Below, one piece after another: positions 18,301 through 27,694 of a DNA stretch of 64,000 nt. Within the stretch, counting starts at the first letter, position 1; each line of letters begins with the position of its first letter. The DNA is from Longimicrobiales bacterium (GTDB lineage Bacteria; Gemmatimonadota; Gemmatimonadetes; Longimicrobiales; Gaopeijiaceae), in NCBI GenBank assembly GCA_965116095.1, contig OZ220481.1:1525192-1589191 (forward strand). The letters are read 5' to 3'. Both the position numbers and the translations under genes were made by a program. The notes below the pieces were generated by a model. That model did not search any database. It was not told the DNA's origin and saw only the letters and a program-made list of their open reading frames with translations.

Positions 18301-19107
18301 TCTCGTAACGAATGGGTCTTGGATCAGCGGCAACGCGGATTCGGGAGTCCGCGCGTGTTTGGCGGAAGAGTTTACGTCAATCCATGTAGTGAATCTTAGA
18401 GGTAATCAGCGCACACAGGGCGAACGGTCTCTTCAAGAGGGCGGAAAGATTTTTGGCCAAAGCTCCCGTGCGCCAGTAGCGATTACGCTATTGGTTCGTA
18501 ACCCCAAGAAATACAAGAACGGGTGTCGTATCTTGTATCACGACATCGGCGACTACCTGAAACGAGAAGACAAACTCAAAATTCTGCGCAGGGTCAGGTC
18601 GATTCAGGGAATATCCCAAATCAATTCTAAAAATGGATGGCGAGAGATCACACCAGATCCACATCATGATTGGATCGATCAGCGAGATCCTCGCTTTCAA
18701 CGTTTTTTTCCAATTAGCGTAAAGGTCAGTGGAGCAGATAGAGATGCAAGACCGGATGCAGTGTTCCGCAAATACAGTCATGGGTATCAGACCGGCAAGG
18801 ACGCTCATGTGTATAGTTTCTCGCCCAAAGCCTGTCTAGACAATGCCCGCAGTATGATTGCTGAATATCACTGTGCCGTGCGTGAATACGCTGATAACAA
18901 GGATTCAGTTTTTCATCGATTTGCTTCAAATATAAAATGGAATGCAAAACTGCGAAATCGCGTTAAAAATGGACTTGCGCGCAAATTCTCCGATAAATAC
19001 CTGAGAAATGTTGCATATCGACCCTTTGTTGGACAAATTCTCTATGGGGATCAGTTTTTTGCACACAGGCCCGCACACACAAGAGCCATGTTCCCTACTA
19101 CTGAACA

Positions 19108-19140
19108 TCGGGGAACAGGAATCGGGGAACAGGAATCGGG
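19108..19140 (+). repeat. Direct tandem repeat of a 14-nt unit (tcggggaacaggaa, 2.4 copies) inside the restriction-modification gene
   Basis: Seen directly. Translated as EQESG / NRNR in the two overlapping frames. Confidence 0.8.
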
Positions 19141-19190
19141 TCATTTGTGTTTCGGGTTTGGGATCGACGAAGCCCTTCTCGACGCTCGTC

Positions 19191-19440
19191 GTCAACGTGC
19201 TTCCCGACTCGGAGCTGGTGTCAAAAGGACAGTGCTTTCCCCGTCACCTATACCGAACAACCGAGCGATCTGCCTTCCCGGCATTGGGTCCGGGAGAGAA
19301 TTCTCGGTCTTTATCGTTGACAGACTGCCGGATTACCACATCCTTACAAACGGGCAGTGCTTCCCTCGCTGTGATTGGGTCCATTCACGGGGGTACCTTT
19401 GACCACCCTGACGTGTTTTCCCAGGAGTCGCCGACACTCC
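19191..19440 (+). repeat. Imperfect tandem duplication of a unit of about 122 nt, with the two copies read in different frames (VVNVLPDSELVSKGQCFPRH... versus IVDRLPDYHILTNGQCFPRC...)
   Basis: Both overlapping ORFs (ending 19402 and starting 19008) carry an LPD-x7-GQCFPR peptide about 122 nt apart, not a multiple of 3. Confidence 0.6.
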
Positions 19441-20198
19441 AGCGAATCGACAACATTACCGACGCGGCCTTGCTCCGGTTTCGGGCTGAGTACCAAGACG
19501 AGGACATTCAAAAGGACGACATCTTCAACTACGTCTACGGCATCCTGCACTCGCCGCGCTATCGCGACCGGTTCAAGAACGACCTTTCCAAGGGCCTGCC
19601 GCGAATTCCCTTTGCTCCTGACTTCGACGCCTTTGCTGGAGCGGGATCGGCGCTCTCGGAGCTGCATCTTCGCTACGACGACGAGAATCTCACGCGGTAT
19701 CCACTAAAGGTGGTGTCTTCTACGGGCCGCGATTTGGAAGCCGGCGATTTTCGATTGGGGAAGCGCCGGATGCGCTTTGCGGACAAGACGAAGCGCGATA
19801 CGCTGATCGTGAACGACCAAGTGAGACTCTTCGGCATTCCGAAGGAGGCCCACCGCTATGTCGTTGGCGGGCGAACGCCGCTTGAGTGGTTTATCTTCTA
19901 CTTTTTCGTAAAGACCGATAAGAGGAGCGGAATCGTAAACGACGCGAACGGGTGGTTTGAAGACCCTCGAGACTTGGTGCCAGCCATTGAGCGACTTGTC
20001 TATGTGAGCGTCGAGTCGGCTAGAATCGTTGATAGTCTCCCCGACCCGTTCGGCGACGTGCATAATGCATAGCTGCGTGAGGTCCGCGATATTTGAGGCC
20101 TGACTGAGCTTTCGACCACAGGCGCGTCGGAGTCGCGTCTTCCCTCCTTGCGGTTTCCTCGGACGAGCTGGCAAAGGCACTGGAGCGAATCTGGAAAC

Positions 20199-21176
20199 AT
20201 GAGAGCATCTTGCCAAGAGCCCGCTCAGCACACCCGTGCGCGCCTGCGGGCGGATGTCCGCCTGTCCATTGCCATCGCCCTGCTTTGGGCCGTTGGCTGC
20301 GAACCGTCCGTGCCGACTCCTTTTCAGCGAATGCCCGTGGATCCGCTCGCAGATCCACAGTGGGCGCTTGAGGAGGCGGAGCGCTCCGACGACTTGGTCA
20401 TCCTTCACGTGACGCGCCGGGGAGAGGGCTTTGAAGCGGAGCACATCCACGGCGCGCGACCACTTGCCTTGGAGGACATTTCATTTGACGGGGAGACGGG
20501 TGTTCGGGTGGAAATGCGCTCCCGGGATGAAATCGTCGAAGCGCTTCGCGCCGCCGGCGTTGGAAAGAACTCAACTGTCCTCTTCTACGGTCCGATGACG
20601 GCTGCTGCGCGCGCGTGGACCACGATGGACTTCTTGGGTTTGGGTGATCGGGCGTATCTGCTGGACGGCGGCATTCGAGAGTGGAAATCCCTGGGCGGAG
20701 AGGTTTCGTCAGGACCTCCGGGAGAGTGGTTCCGGGGAGATGTCGAAGCGCGAGTTGCAGCGGACTTCAGGGTTTCCGCCGAAGAGCTCCAGGGAATGCT
20801 CGGAGCACCCTCGCTTGCGCTCTTGGACGCCCGTCCAGATGACGAATACACCGGCCACGACAATGGCCTTGGCGGGCGCGTCAGGCCGGGCCACATCCCG
20901 GGCGCGAGACAGCTTTATTGGAGGGAGCTTGTCGATCCAGAAAACGAAACGCGCTTCAAGGGCGCGGACCAAGTGGCGCAAATTCTTGCGGACCATGGCG
21001 CGGGGCCGGATCGAACGCATGTCGTGTACTGCATGCTGGGAATGCGCGCCAGCGTGACCTACCTCGCGCTCAGGCGTCTGGGATACGACGCGCTCTTCTA
21101 CGACGGGAGCTGGCTGGATTGGGGCGACCGCGAGGATCTTCCGACCGAGACGGGGGCGGACCGGGGCGCGCCTTGA
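20199..21176 (+). CDS. Tandem-rhodanese-domain sulfurtransferase (thiosulfate / 3-mercaptopyruvate sulfurtransferase family), lipoprotein-like signal
   Basis: Two rhodanese modules. Active-site loop VVYCMLGMRAS. Start moved to MRAS... giving the LLWAVGCEPS signal. Confidence 0.8.
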   Translation: MRASCQEPAQHTRARLRADVRLSIAIALLWAVGCEPSVPTPFQRMPVDPLADPQWALEEAERSDDLVILHVTRRGEGFEAEHIHGARPLALEDISFDGETGVRVEMRSRDEIVEALRAAGVGKNSTVLFYGPMTAAARAWTTMDFLGLGDRAYLLDGGIREWKSLGGEVSSGPPGEWFRGDVEARVAADFRVSAEELQGMLGAPSLALLDARPDDEYTGHDNGLGGRVRPGHIPGARQLYWRELVDPENETRFKGADQVAQILADHGAGPDRTHVVYCMLGMRASVTYLALRRLGYDALFYDGSWLDWGDREDLPTETGADRGAP

Positions 21177-21718
21177 CGGCGGAGAAGAAACGCCAGGAAG
21201 AAGGCGGCACGCTAACTGGCGACGCTCGGCCGAAGGGCCCGGACGACCTGTTTCGCCGCTTGGACGAGCTCGCAATCGCCCATCGGACCGTGCGCCACGT
21301 CGCCGTCTTTACGGTGGAGGAGGCGCGGCGGCTGCGCGGCCGGTTCCAGGGATCCCACTCCAAGAACCTCTTTCTCCGGGACAAGAAGGAGAGACACTGG
21401 CTGGTTTCCGTTGAGAGCGAGCGGAAGGTGGACCTCGCTTGGCTTGCGGGAAAGCTCGGCACCGGCAGGCTCACCTTCTGCTCGGCCCGAAGACTCATGG
21501 GGTTTTTGGGCATTCGGGCTGGATCGGTTTCGCCCTTCGCGGTGATCAACGATCACCAGGGCGCGGTTCGCGTGGCGCTTGATCGCGCGCTTTTTCAGAC
21601 CGAGCCGCTGCACTTCCACCCCTTGGACAACACTCGGACGACCAGCATCTCCGGAGCAGAGCTCATTCGGTTCTTGGAAGAAGAGGGGCATCCGCCGCTC
21701 GTCCTGAACTTCCCCTGA
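21173..21718 (+). CDS. YbaK/ProX-family aminoacyl-tRNA deacylase (prolyl-tRNA editing protein homolog)
   Basis: LFRRLDELAIAHRTVRHVAVFTVEEA...HSKNLFLRDKKERHWLVSVESERKVDL...GSVSPFAVIND is a typical ProX pattern. Start is uncertain (TTG at 21173 directly after the rhodanese stop). Confidence 0.6.
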   Translation: MTAEKKRQEEGGTLTGDARPKGPDDLFRRLDELAIAHRTVRHVAVFTVEEARRLRGRFQGSHSKNLFLRDKKERHWLVSVESERKVDLAWLAGKLGTGRLTFCSARRLMGFLGIRAGSVSPFAVINDHQGAVRVALDRALFQTEPLHFHPLDNTRTTSISGAELIRFLEEEGHPPLVLNFP

Positions 21719-21818
21719 CGACCCATCGCCGAGGACGCTCCGAAGTCGCGCGCCTGATCAAGGCGCGATTCCCCAGTCAAGCCAACGGACCAACAACGCG
21801 GGCCAAGTCGCCCGCGTC

Positions 21819-22151
21819 TCAAGACTCGGAGAGCTCCTTCTTCCAAGCCCAGTCTCTCAGGCAAGTCCTCCACGCGCGAGTCCATTCCTTATGCGTGATC
21901 GGCTTGTCCGCCGGATGGTCGTCTCGCCACTCGGGCGGTTCCAACCCCATCCGCAACGCCGCGTCAATATGCAGCCTCTCCGGCCCCTTGTGTTCGCCAT
22001 GCGACTCATCCTTGCCGGCGAAGTCGTTCGGCGCGAACGCGATATAGAAGTCCTGAGCTAGCCGCGGGAACAGCCGACCTAAGTGGCCAACCACGGTGCC
22101 GGACTCGTATTCCACTCGACCGTTCCGGTACTTGCCGCGCCTAACGTCCAT
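21819..22151 (-). CDS. Hypothetical protein (110 aa), no family recognised
   Basis: ORF with non-GC-artifact composition (W/K/E/H-rich: WRDDHPADKPITHKEWTRAW). No motif I can name. Confidence 0.4.
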   Translation of the reverse strand: MDVRRGKYRNGRVEYESGTVVGHLGRLFPRLAQDFYIAFAPNDFAGKDESHGEHKGPERLHIDAALRMGLEPPEWRDDHPADKPITHKEWTRAWRTCLRDWAWKKELSES

Positions 22152-22367
22152 TTCGAGCTGCGAATATCCGCAGGCTACGTACTCCGTGCCTTTGTCCGCT
22201 GGCCTCTCGCTGATTCACCAACACCACCAGACGCGATCATGTCTGCTCACCGAAGCCTCCATCCGGAGCGCTCGTCGGTTCATCCGCGGGACCCCCGGCT
22301 CGCGCTCCGCTTTGACTCCCGACCCGTCCCGCGACGCCCAACGCCGCCGTCCGCCGGCTCCCGCAGC

Positions 22368-23576
22368 TTACCGGAAGGCGGGCAGGATCGCCGAGACGAT
22401 CAGGCTCATCGTTTCCCGTTCGTATCGCCCAGGTCCCCCGTCCGCACGCGCGAATGGCCAGTAATTCGTGGCGGCGACCACCAGCTTCTCTTCGGGAGAC
22501 ACGACCACGAATTGACCGCCGTACCCCCACGCGAAGTACAGCGGAAAGGGCGCGCTGGGCGCCAGCCACCACAGCCGACCGTAGTCGATTCCGGACAGAC
22601 CGCCCAAGGGCAGACCCAGCTCCCAGCCTTCAGTGGTGGAGGCGCGGATCCAGTCGCGGGGCACGACGGACATCCACCCGCTCCTTCCCTCCTCAAGCGC
22701 GAGCCAGCCCAGCCGCGCTAGGTCCCTCGTCGAGAGGTCAAGCCCGGAGCCCCCGTTGTGCTGTCCCATCGGCATGCGTTCCCAGCGCGCCGCCTTCACG
22801 CCGATGTGATCGAAGAGCACCCTCTGGGCAAAGTCGGGAAGCCCGACGCCGGTCGCCCCTTCGATCACGAGTCCCAAGAGGTGGACCGCGGCCGAGTTAT
22901 AGCGGTAGCGCTCTCCGGGAGGAGCCGCCGTCGGGAGTTCCAGGAGGTGTCGGACGGGGTCGTCCGATTGGATCCACCGCGCGTAGGAGTCGCCGCCGTG
23001 CTCGTCCCACTCGAATCCCGCGGTCATCGTCAGGAGATGGCGCACCGTGATCTTGCGCGAAGACTCGGACATCTCCTCGCCGTACGGACCCAAGTAGGAG
23101 GACGCTGGATCGTCCAAGCTCGCGATCCAGCCGCGATCCACGGCCACGCCCGCAAGGAGCGAGACGACGCTCTTCGTCACCGAACGGACATCGTGCAGCG
23201 AGTCCCGAGTCATTGCGCCGAAGTACTCCTCCAGCACGATTCGACCGTCTTTCGCGACCAACAAGCTGCGCATTCGATGGTTCCGGCCGGCCCTTTGCAC
23301 GGCAGCCTCCAGCGCGGAGGCGGACGCCCCGGCTTCTTGGGGCGTGATGCTCTTCCAAGGCCGAGAAAGGTCCAAGACGCCGGACGGAGGCTCTCCCGGA
23401 TCGACGATACCCGAACACGCCCCCAAGGTCGAAAAGAGCCCGGCGCTCAGCAGAACGAGAGTCAGCGCGCGCGCCCGGCGGCGCCAAAGAGAGCTTCCGC
23501 GCCGCTCATCGGGCCCATGCGCAGCCCGTCTCGCACGCGAACAGTTCAAACGGCCCTCCCGTCCATTTCTCGCCAT
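22368..23576 (-). CDS. Serine hydrolase of the beta-lactamase / penicillin-binding-protein (class C-like) family, lipoprotein
   Basis: SVTKS (SxxK) motif. Start moved to MARNG... with the LGACSG lipobox. Confidence 0.75.
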   Translation of the reverse strand: MARNGREGRLNCSRARRAAHGPDERRGSSLWRRRARALTLVLLSAGLFSTLGACSGIVDPGEPPSGVLDLSRPWKSITPQEAGASASALEAAVQRAGRNHRMRSLLVAKDGRIVLEEYFGAMTRDSLHDVRSVTKSVVSLLAGVAVDRGWIASLDDPASSYLGPYGEEMSESSRKITVRHLLTMTAGFEWDEHGGDSYARWIQSDDPVRHLLELPTAAPPGERYRYNSAAVHLLGLVIEGATGVGLPDFAQRVLFDHIGVKAARWERMPMGQHNGGSGLDLSTRDLARLGWLALEEGRSGWMSVVPRDWIRASTTEGWELGLPLGGLSGIDYGRLWWLAPSAPFPLYFAWGYGGQFVVVSPEEKLVVAATNYWPFARADGGPGRYERETMSLIVSAILPAFR

Positions 23577-23629
23577 TGACCCACCGGCCCCGCCTCTTGC
23601 GCTCGCTCGCCAGCGCGTGCGTAAGTTAC

Positions 23630-24280
23630 ATGGCCGACCCGCCGAACAAACGGCGCCCATTCGGGTTCGCCGCAGCTACGGAGACCCTCTTGAAGATACT
23701 GTACGCACGCCGGATTCGCGCCGCGCTCTTCGTTTTTGCCTTCGTTTGGGCATGCGATGTCTCGGGGCAAGCCGCAAACCCTGAGGAGCAGATCGCTCAA
23801 GCCCTCCTCGCCGCGCCCGCGGACAAGGCCGAGGGCGCATGGATCTTCGGGTACGCGCGCAACGGATCAATCGTCCAGCTGCGGGAAGGCGCCGGGGATT
23901 TTCACTGTTTCGCGGACAACCCCGCCGACGAGTCCTTCTCGACCTCTTGCCACCACGCCTCGCTGGAGCCGTACTTTGCTCGCGGGCGCGAACTCTCGGC
24001 AGAGGGAGTCACGGGCGAAGAGCGCTACGCCATTCGTTTCCGCGAGATAGAGTCCGGGACGCTTCAGGCGCCCGCGCCATCGGCGACCCAGTACATCTTC
24101 GACGGCGCTTGGGATCGGGCGACCCAAACGGGAACGGGCAGCGTGCGGTGGGTGGTCTACGTGCCGGGCGCCACGCCGGAGAGCACCGGTCTTTCCGAGC
24201 AGCCTTCGGAAGGCGGGCCGTGGATTATGCTCTCCGGCACTCCGGGGGCCCACATCATGATCATGCCGCCTCAAGGCTGA
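23630..24280 (+). CDS. Hypothetical secreted protein (signal peptide; His/Cys-containing)
   Basis: MADPPNKRRPFGF...RRIRAALFVFAFVWA signal-like N-terminus. No recognisable domain. Confidence 0.45.
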   Translation: MADPPNKRRPFGFAAATETLLKILYARRIRAALFVFAFVWACDVSGQAANPEEQIAQALLAAPADKAEGAWIFGYARNGSIVQLREGAGDFHCFADNPADESFSTSCHHASLEPYFARGRELSAEGVTGEERYAIRFREIESGTLQAPAPSATQYIFDGAWDRATQTGTGSVRWVVYVPGATPESTGLSEQPSEGGPWIMLSGTPGAHIMIMPPQG

Positions 24281-24334
24281 TCGGGCCGGGGCCGTCCCTC
24301 GGGGAAGGCCCATAGGCCGACCGGGCGCATCAAA

Positions 24335-25774
24335 GTGGTTGCGGCATTCTATTGGCTGGGCGTGATCGGCCTAGTTCTCCTTCACGCCATCTTCGTCATC
24401 TTCGTCCTTCTCCGACCAAGGGGCGGACAGCCCTCCTCAATGGCGTGGATTTTCGTGATCGTCGTCCTGCCCGTCGCGGGGATCGTGCTCTACCTGATGC
24501 TGGGTGAGGTGCGTACGGGAAGCAGGCGGCGGCGCCACCGCATGATTCAGGAAAAGACCGGACGGGCCTTGGAGGCGGCGTGGAAGGCGGACCCTTCCGA
24601 GTGGACGCCGACATCAAGCGGCCCCGCGGCGGTCGTTCGGCTCGCGAGCCTAGCGGCTGACACCCGTCCCCGCACCGGACATCGCGTCGCCCTTTTGGGC
24701 GATACGAACGACCTCGTTCAATCCCTGCTGGCCGATATCGAGAACGCGCGGCATCACATCCACCTGCAGAGCTACATCTACCTTGACGACGCGGTGGGGA
24801 GAGCCGTCGCCGCGGCTCTGGAGCGGGCTGCCCGGCGCGGCGTCGCATGCCGGGCGCTTCTCGACAACGTTGGGTCGTCGCGGTTTCTAAAGTCTGAGCT
24901 TTGCGCGCGGCTGCGGAAGGCGGGGGCGAGGGTCGAGGCCGCGCTCCCGACGAGCATCACCCAATTCGCTTCGATCCGCTTTGACATGCGCAACCACCGC
25001 AAGCTCGTGGTGATCGACGGCGCCGTCGGGTATACGGGGAGTCACAATGTCTCCTCCGAGGAGTTTCATCCGAAGCCTCGCTACGCTCCCTGGGTCGACG
25101 CCGCCATTCGGCTCGAAGGTCCGTGCGTGCGAGACCTGCAGGCGCTCTTCGTGGAGGACTGGTTCATGGACACGGCGGAGGATCTGGACGATCTGATTCG
25201 CCTGCCCACCCGGTCATGGCCGGACGGCGTGCCCCTTCAGGTCGTGGGCACGGGCGCGAATTCGTTAAACCAAGCCTTGGTGCGGGTGATCCAGTGCGCC
25301 GTCCATATGGCGCGCGAAGAGCTCGTCGTCACCACGCCGTACTTCGTGCCCGACGAAGGAACGGTTGCGGCCCTGACCACCGCCGCGATGCGCGGCGTGC
25401 GCACCGTGATCGTCGTTCCCGCGCGCAACGACTCGACCCTGGTCCGCTTCGCGAGCCGGAGCTTCTACCTGGCGCTGATGAACGCGGGCGCGGAAGTGCA
25501 TGAATTCACCGAGGGACTCCTGCACGCGAAAACGATCACCGTCGACCGCACCTTCTCTCTCGTAAGCAGCGCAAACCTCGACCGCCGCAGCTTCGAGATC
25601 AACTTCGAGGTATCGACGCTCGTCTACGACGAAGCGTTTTCGATGGAGCTCCGCGCCCTTCAGGAGCGCTACCTAAAGAGCTCACGCAGAGTGCGCGCCG
25701 AAGCGTGGCGGAAGCGCCCTTGGCCGCGCCGTCTCGGAGAAAACGCCGCCGGCTTGGTCAGCCCGCTTCTTTAG
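24335..25774 (+). CDS. cls: Cardiolipin synthase (phospholipase D superfamily, two HKD motifs, two N-terminal TM helices)
   Basis: HRKLVVIDGAVGYTGSHN and HAKTITVDRTFSLVSSANLDRRS HKD motifs. Confidence 0.85.
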   Translation: MVAAFYWLGVIGLVLLHAIFVIFVLLRPRGGQPSSMAWIFVIVVLPVAGIVLYLMLGEVRTGSRRRRHRMIQEKTGRALEAAWKADPSEWTPTSSGPAAVVRLASLAADTRPRTGHRVALLGDTNDLVQSLLADIENARHHIHLQSYIYLDDAVGRAVAAALERAARRGVACRALLDNVGSSRFLKSELCARLRKAGARVEAALPTSITQFASIRFDMRNHRKLVVIDGAVGYTGSHNVSSEEFHPKPRYAPWVDAAIRLEGPCVRDLQALFVEDWFMDTAEDLDDLIRLPTRSWPDGVPLQVVGTGANSLNQALVRVIQCAVHMAREELVVTTPYFVPDEGTVAALTTAAMRGVRTVIVVPARNDSTLVRFASRSFYLALMNAGAEVHEFTEGLLHAKTITVDRTFSLVSSANLDRRSFEINFEVSTLVYDEAFSMELRALQERYLKSSRRVRAEAWRKRPWPRRLGENAAGLVSPLL

Positions 25775-25784
25775 GCCGAACGCG

Positions 25785-26822
25785 TTGGATCCCGCATGGG
25801 AGGCGGCAATCGACTGGGCGGGGCTCCGCGCCGCGCGACCTAAGGGCGAAGGCCGCGCCCATCGGCCCGGATCGGCTTGGGTCTTGGGTCCCGGAGGCGG
25901 CCAGCTCGCTCGCGCCTTGGCTGCAGTCGGGGCGAGGACGCGCCGGTGGAGCAGACTCGCCTGCGGAGAATATGTCCCGGAGCCTTGGCCCGCGCGCGAT
26001 CTGGCGCGGGAAGCCTGGGCTCTCCTGCCCCGCTCCGGCGCCGAAGCGAAGATGCTCTTGCATATCGCCGCCGCCAGGACTCTTCCCGGAGGGCTGATCT
26101 TCCTCGCGGGAAGGACGAGATGCGGGATTCGCTCGGCAGGGCGCCGCTTTCCAAGAGGCGTGGGACCGCCCGTGACCGTCCTCGTTCGCCGAAGGTGCCG
26201 CGTGCTTCGCGCAAGGCGCGAAAGCGCGCCGCTAGCGTGCCTGGGGCCTCGACTCTGGCGGAGCGAAATCGAGCTTGATTTTGGGCGGGGTCCGCGTCGA
26301 TGGATCTCCTATCCGGGCATCTTCGCCCACGGACGCCTGGACGAAGGGACGCGCCTGCTGATCGAGCGGCTTCCCAAGATCTTCCCTGGCGCCCGCGCGC
26401 TGGATTACGGGGCCGGCGCGGGGCAGATTGCGGCGGCGGTGCTCGAGCGGCAGCCGAAGGCGCGAGTGACGATGGTCGAGCCGGATGTGCTCGCCGCGCG
26501 CGCCGCGGCGGAGAATGTTCCCGGCGCTCGGACTGTCTTGGGCGCGAGCATTGAAGCGGCGGCGAAGCATGGACCCTACGACTTCGTGCTCTCCAATCCG
26601 CCGATCCACCTGGAAGGCCGGCAGCGCCTCGATGTCGCGCGGGATCTTTGGCGGCGGGCAGGGGCGCTTCTCAACCGAAGAGGATCGCTCATCGTCGTGA
26701 GCCAGCGCCGCTTTGCTCCCGAGTCCGGGGCGCTAGCGCTGTTTCACAGAGTCGAGACGCTAGGCGACCGAGGGCCTCATCGGGTCTGGCGCGCGAGGGC
26801 GCCGAGACAGCCTCGCGCCTAA
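25785..26822 (+). CDS. Class I SAM-dependent methyltransferase of the RsmC/RlmG (rRNA guanine-N2) type
   Basis: GAGAGQ SAM-binding loop and NPPIH catalytic motif. Length about 345 aa. Confidence 0.7.
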   Translation: MDPAWEAAIDWAGLRAARPKGEGRAHRPGSAWVLGPGGGQLARALAAVGARTRRWSRLACGEYVPEPWPARDLAREAWALLPRSGAEAKMLLHIAAARTLPGGLIFLAGRTRCGIRSAGRRFPRGVGPPVTVLVRRRCRVLRARRESAPLACLGPRLWRSEIELDFGRGPRRWISYPGIFAHGRLDEGTRLLIERLPKIFPGARALDYGAGAGQIAAAVLERQPKARVTMVEPDVLAARAAAENVPGARTVLGASIEAAAKHGPYDFVLSNPPIHLEGRQRLDVARDLWRRAGALLNRRGSLIVVSQRRFAPESGALALFHRVETLGDRGPHRVWRARAPRQPRA

Positions 26823-26881
26823 CTCCAAGACGCGAGGGATCGGGCTCCGCGACTCCAAGGCATGACCTAGAGGTCCCGATC

Positions 26882-27694
26882 TTATCCGTAGCGCCCGGCG
26901 ATGTACTGCGCGGTGCTCCTCCTCTTCGGCGACGCGAAGAGCGTCACGGTGGGTCCCCGCTCGACCACCCGCCCGAGGAGCATAAAGACGCAGTGATCGG
27001 ACGCCCGCTTTGCCTGAGCCATATTGTGCGTCACGATCAGAATCGAATAGTCGCCTCTCAGTTCGTAAATCAGCTCTTCGACGGCCTCCGTGCCCGCGGG
27101 ATCCAGCGCCGAGCAGGGCTCGTCCATCAGCAGAACTTGCGGCTTCACCGGCAGCAGTCGGGCGATGCACAGCTTCTGCTGGCGCTCCAGCGACAGCTCC
27201 GTCGCATTCATCGACAGGCGATTCTTGACCTCGTCCCACAGCAAGACCCGTTTGAGCGCGGACTCCACGACCTCGTCCTCGCGCTCCTTCGAACGCCTGC
27301 CGTTCTCGCCCGCGTGCAGGCGGTAGCCGAACAGCACGTTTTCGCGGATGGAGACCGGGAGGGGGTTGGGCCGCTGAAAGACCATCCCGACCTGCTGGCG
27401 AACCTGCAGGATCTCCACGTCGGGCGCGTAAATGTCCCGCCCCAAGATCCGAACCTCTCCGGTCGTGCGCACGCCCGGGGCGCGCTCGGCGATCCGATTG
27501 CAGCTCCGAAGCAGCGTCGTCTTGCCGCATCCGGAGGGTCCGATCATCGAAGTAATCAGCCCGCGTTCGACGCTCAGATTGACGTCGAAGAGCGCTTGAA
27601 AGTCGCCGTACCAGAGGTTTAGGCCGCCGATTTCGATCGCCGGCGAGCCGCGATTAGCCAAAGCGGCCCTCAATGTAGTCCCGCGTGCGCTCAT
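26882..27694 (-). CDS. pstB: Phosphate ABC transporter ATP-binding protein PstB
   Basis: NLWYGDFQALFDVNL...GPSGCGKTTLLR, characteristic PstB N-terminus. Walker B and signature motifs. Confidence 0.9.
   Translation of the reverse strand: MSARGTTLRAALANRGSPAIEIGGLNLWYGDFQALFDVNLSVERGLITSMIGPSGCGKTTLLRSCNRIAERAPGVRTTGEVRILGRDIYAPDVEILQVRQQVGMVFQRPNPLPVSIRENVLFGYRLHAGENGRRSKEREDEVVESALKRVLLWDEVKNRLSMNATELSLERQQKLCIARLLPVKPQVLLMDEPCSALDPAGTEAVEELIYELRGDYSILIVTHNMAQAKRASDHCVFMLLGRVVERGPTVTLFASPKRRSTAQYIAGRYG

Larger units (their letters stand above)
15106..20072 (+). pseudogene. Type ISP-like single-polypeptide restriction-modification enzyme (Mrr-like PD-(D/E)xK nuclease, SF2 DEAH helicase, gamma-class N6-adenine methyltransferase, MmeI-family C-terminal region). 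It is split into three frames: 15106..15351, 15362..19402 (track ORF 15509..19402) and 19008..20072. It is low-GC relative to its surroundings.
   Basis: N-terminus ...GIDLVAEEADGSGWCAIQCKCY (D/EAD/QCK PD-(D/E)xK). Helicase motifs ACGTGKTF, DEAH, QAVGRVMRK. Methyltransferase motifs DPFTGTGLF and NPPW. YRPF motif. C-terminal DIFNYVYGILHSPRYRDRF...LPRIPF...ELHLRYDD...GIPKEAHRYVVGGRTPLEWFIFYF, as in MmeI/PglX-type enzymes. Frame breaks at the C14 tract (15322..15335) and within 19.0-19.4 kb. Confidence 0.7.

Noticed and set aside
26823-26881. Possible bidirectional terminator hairpin between the convergent RsmC-like gene and pstB (gatcggg ... cccgatc with ttat tail)
   Set aside because: The stem is only 7 bp with a loop of about 30 nt. 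It is too weak to call without folding energies.
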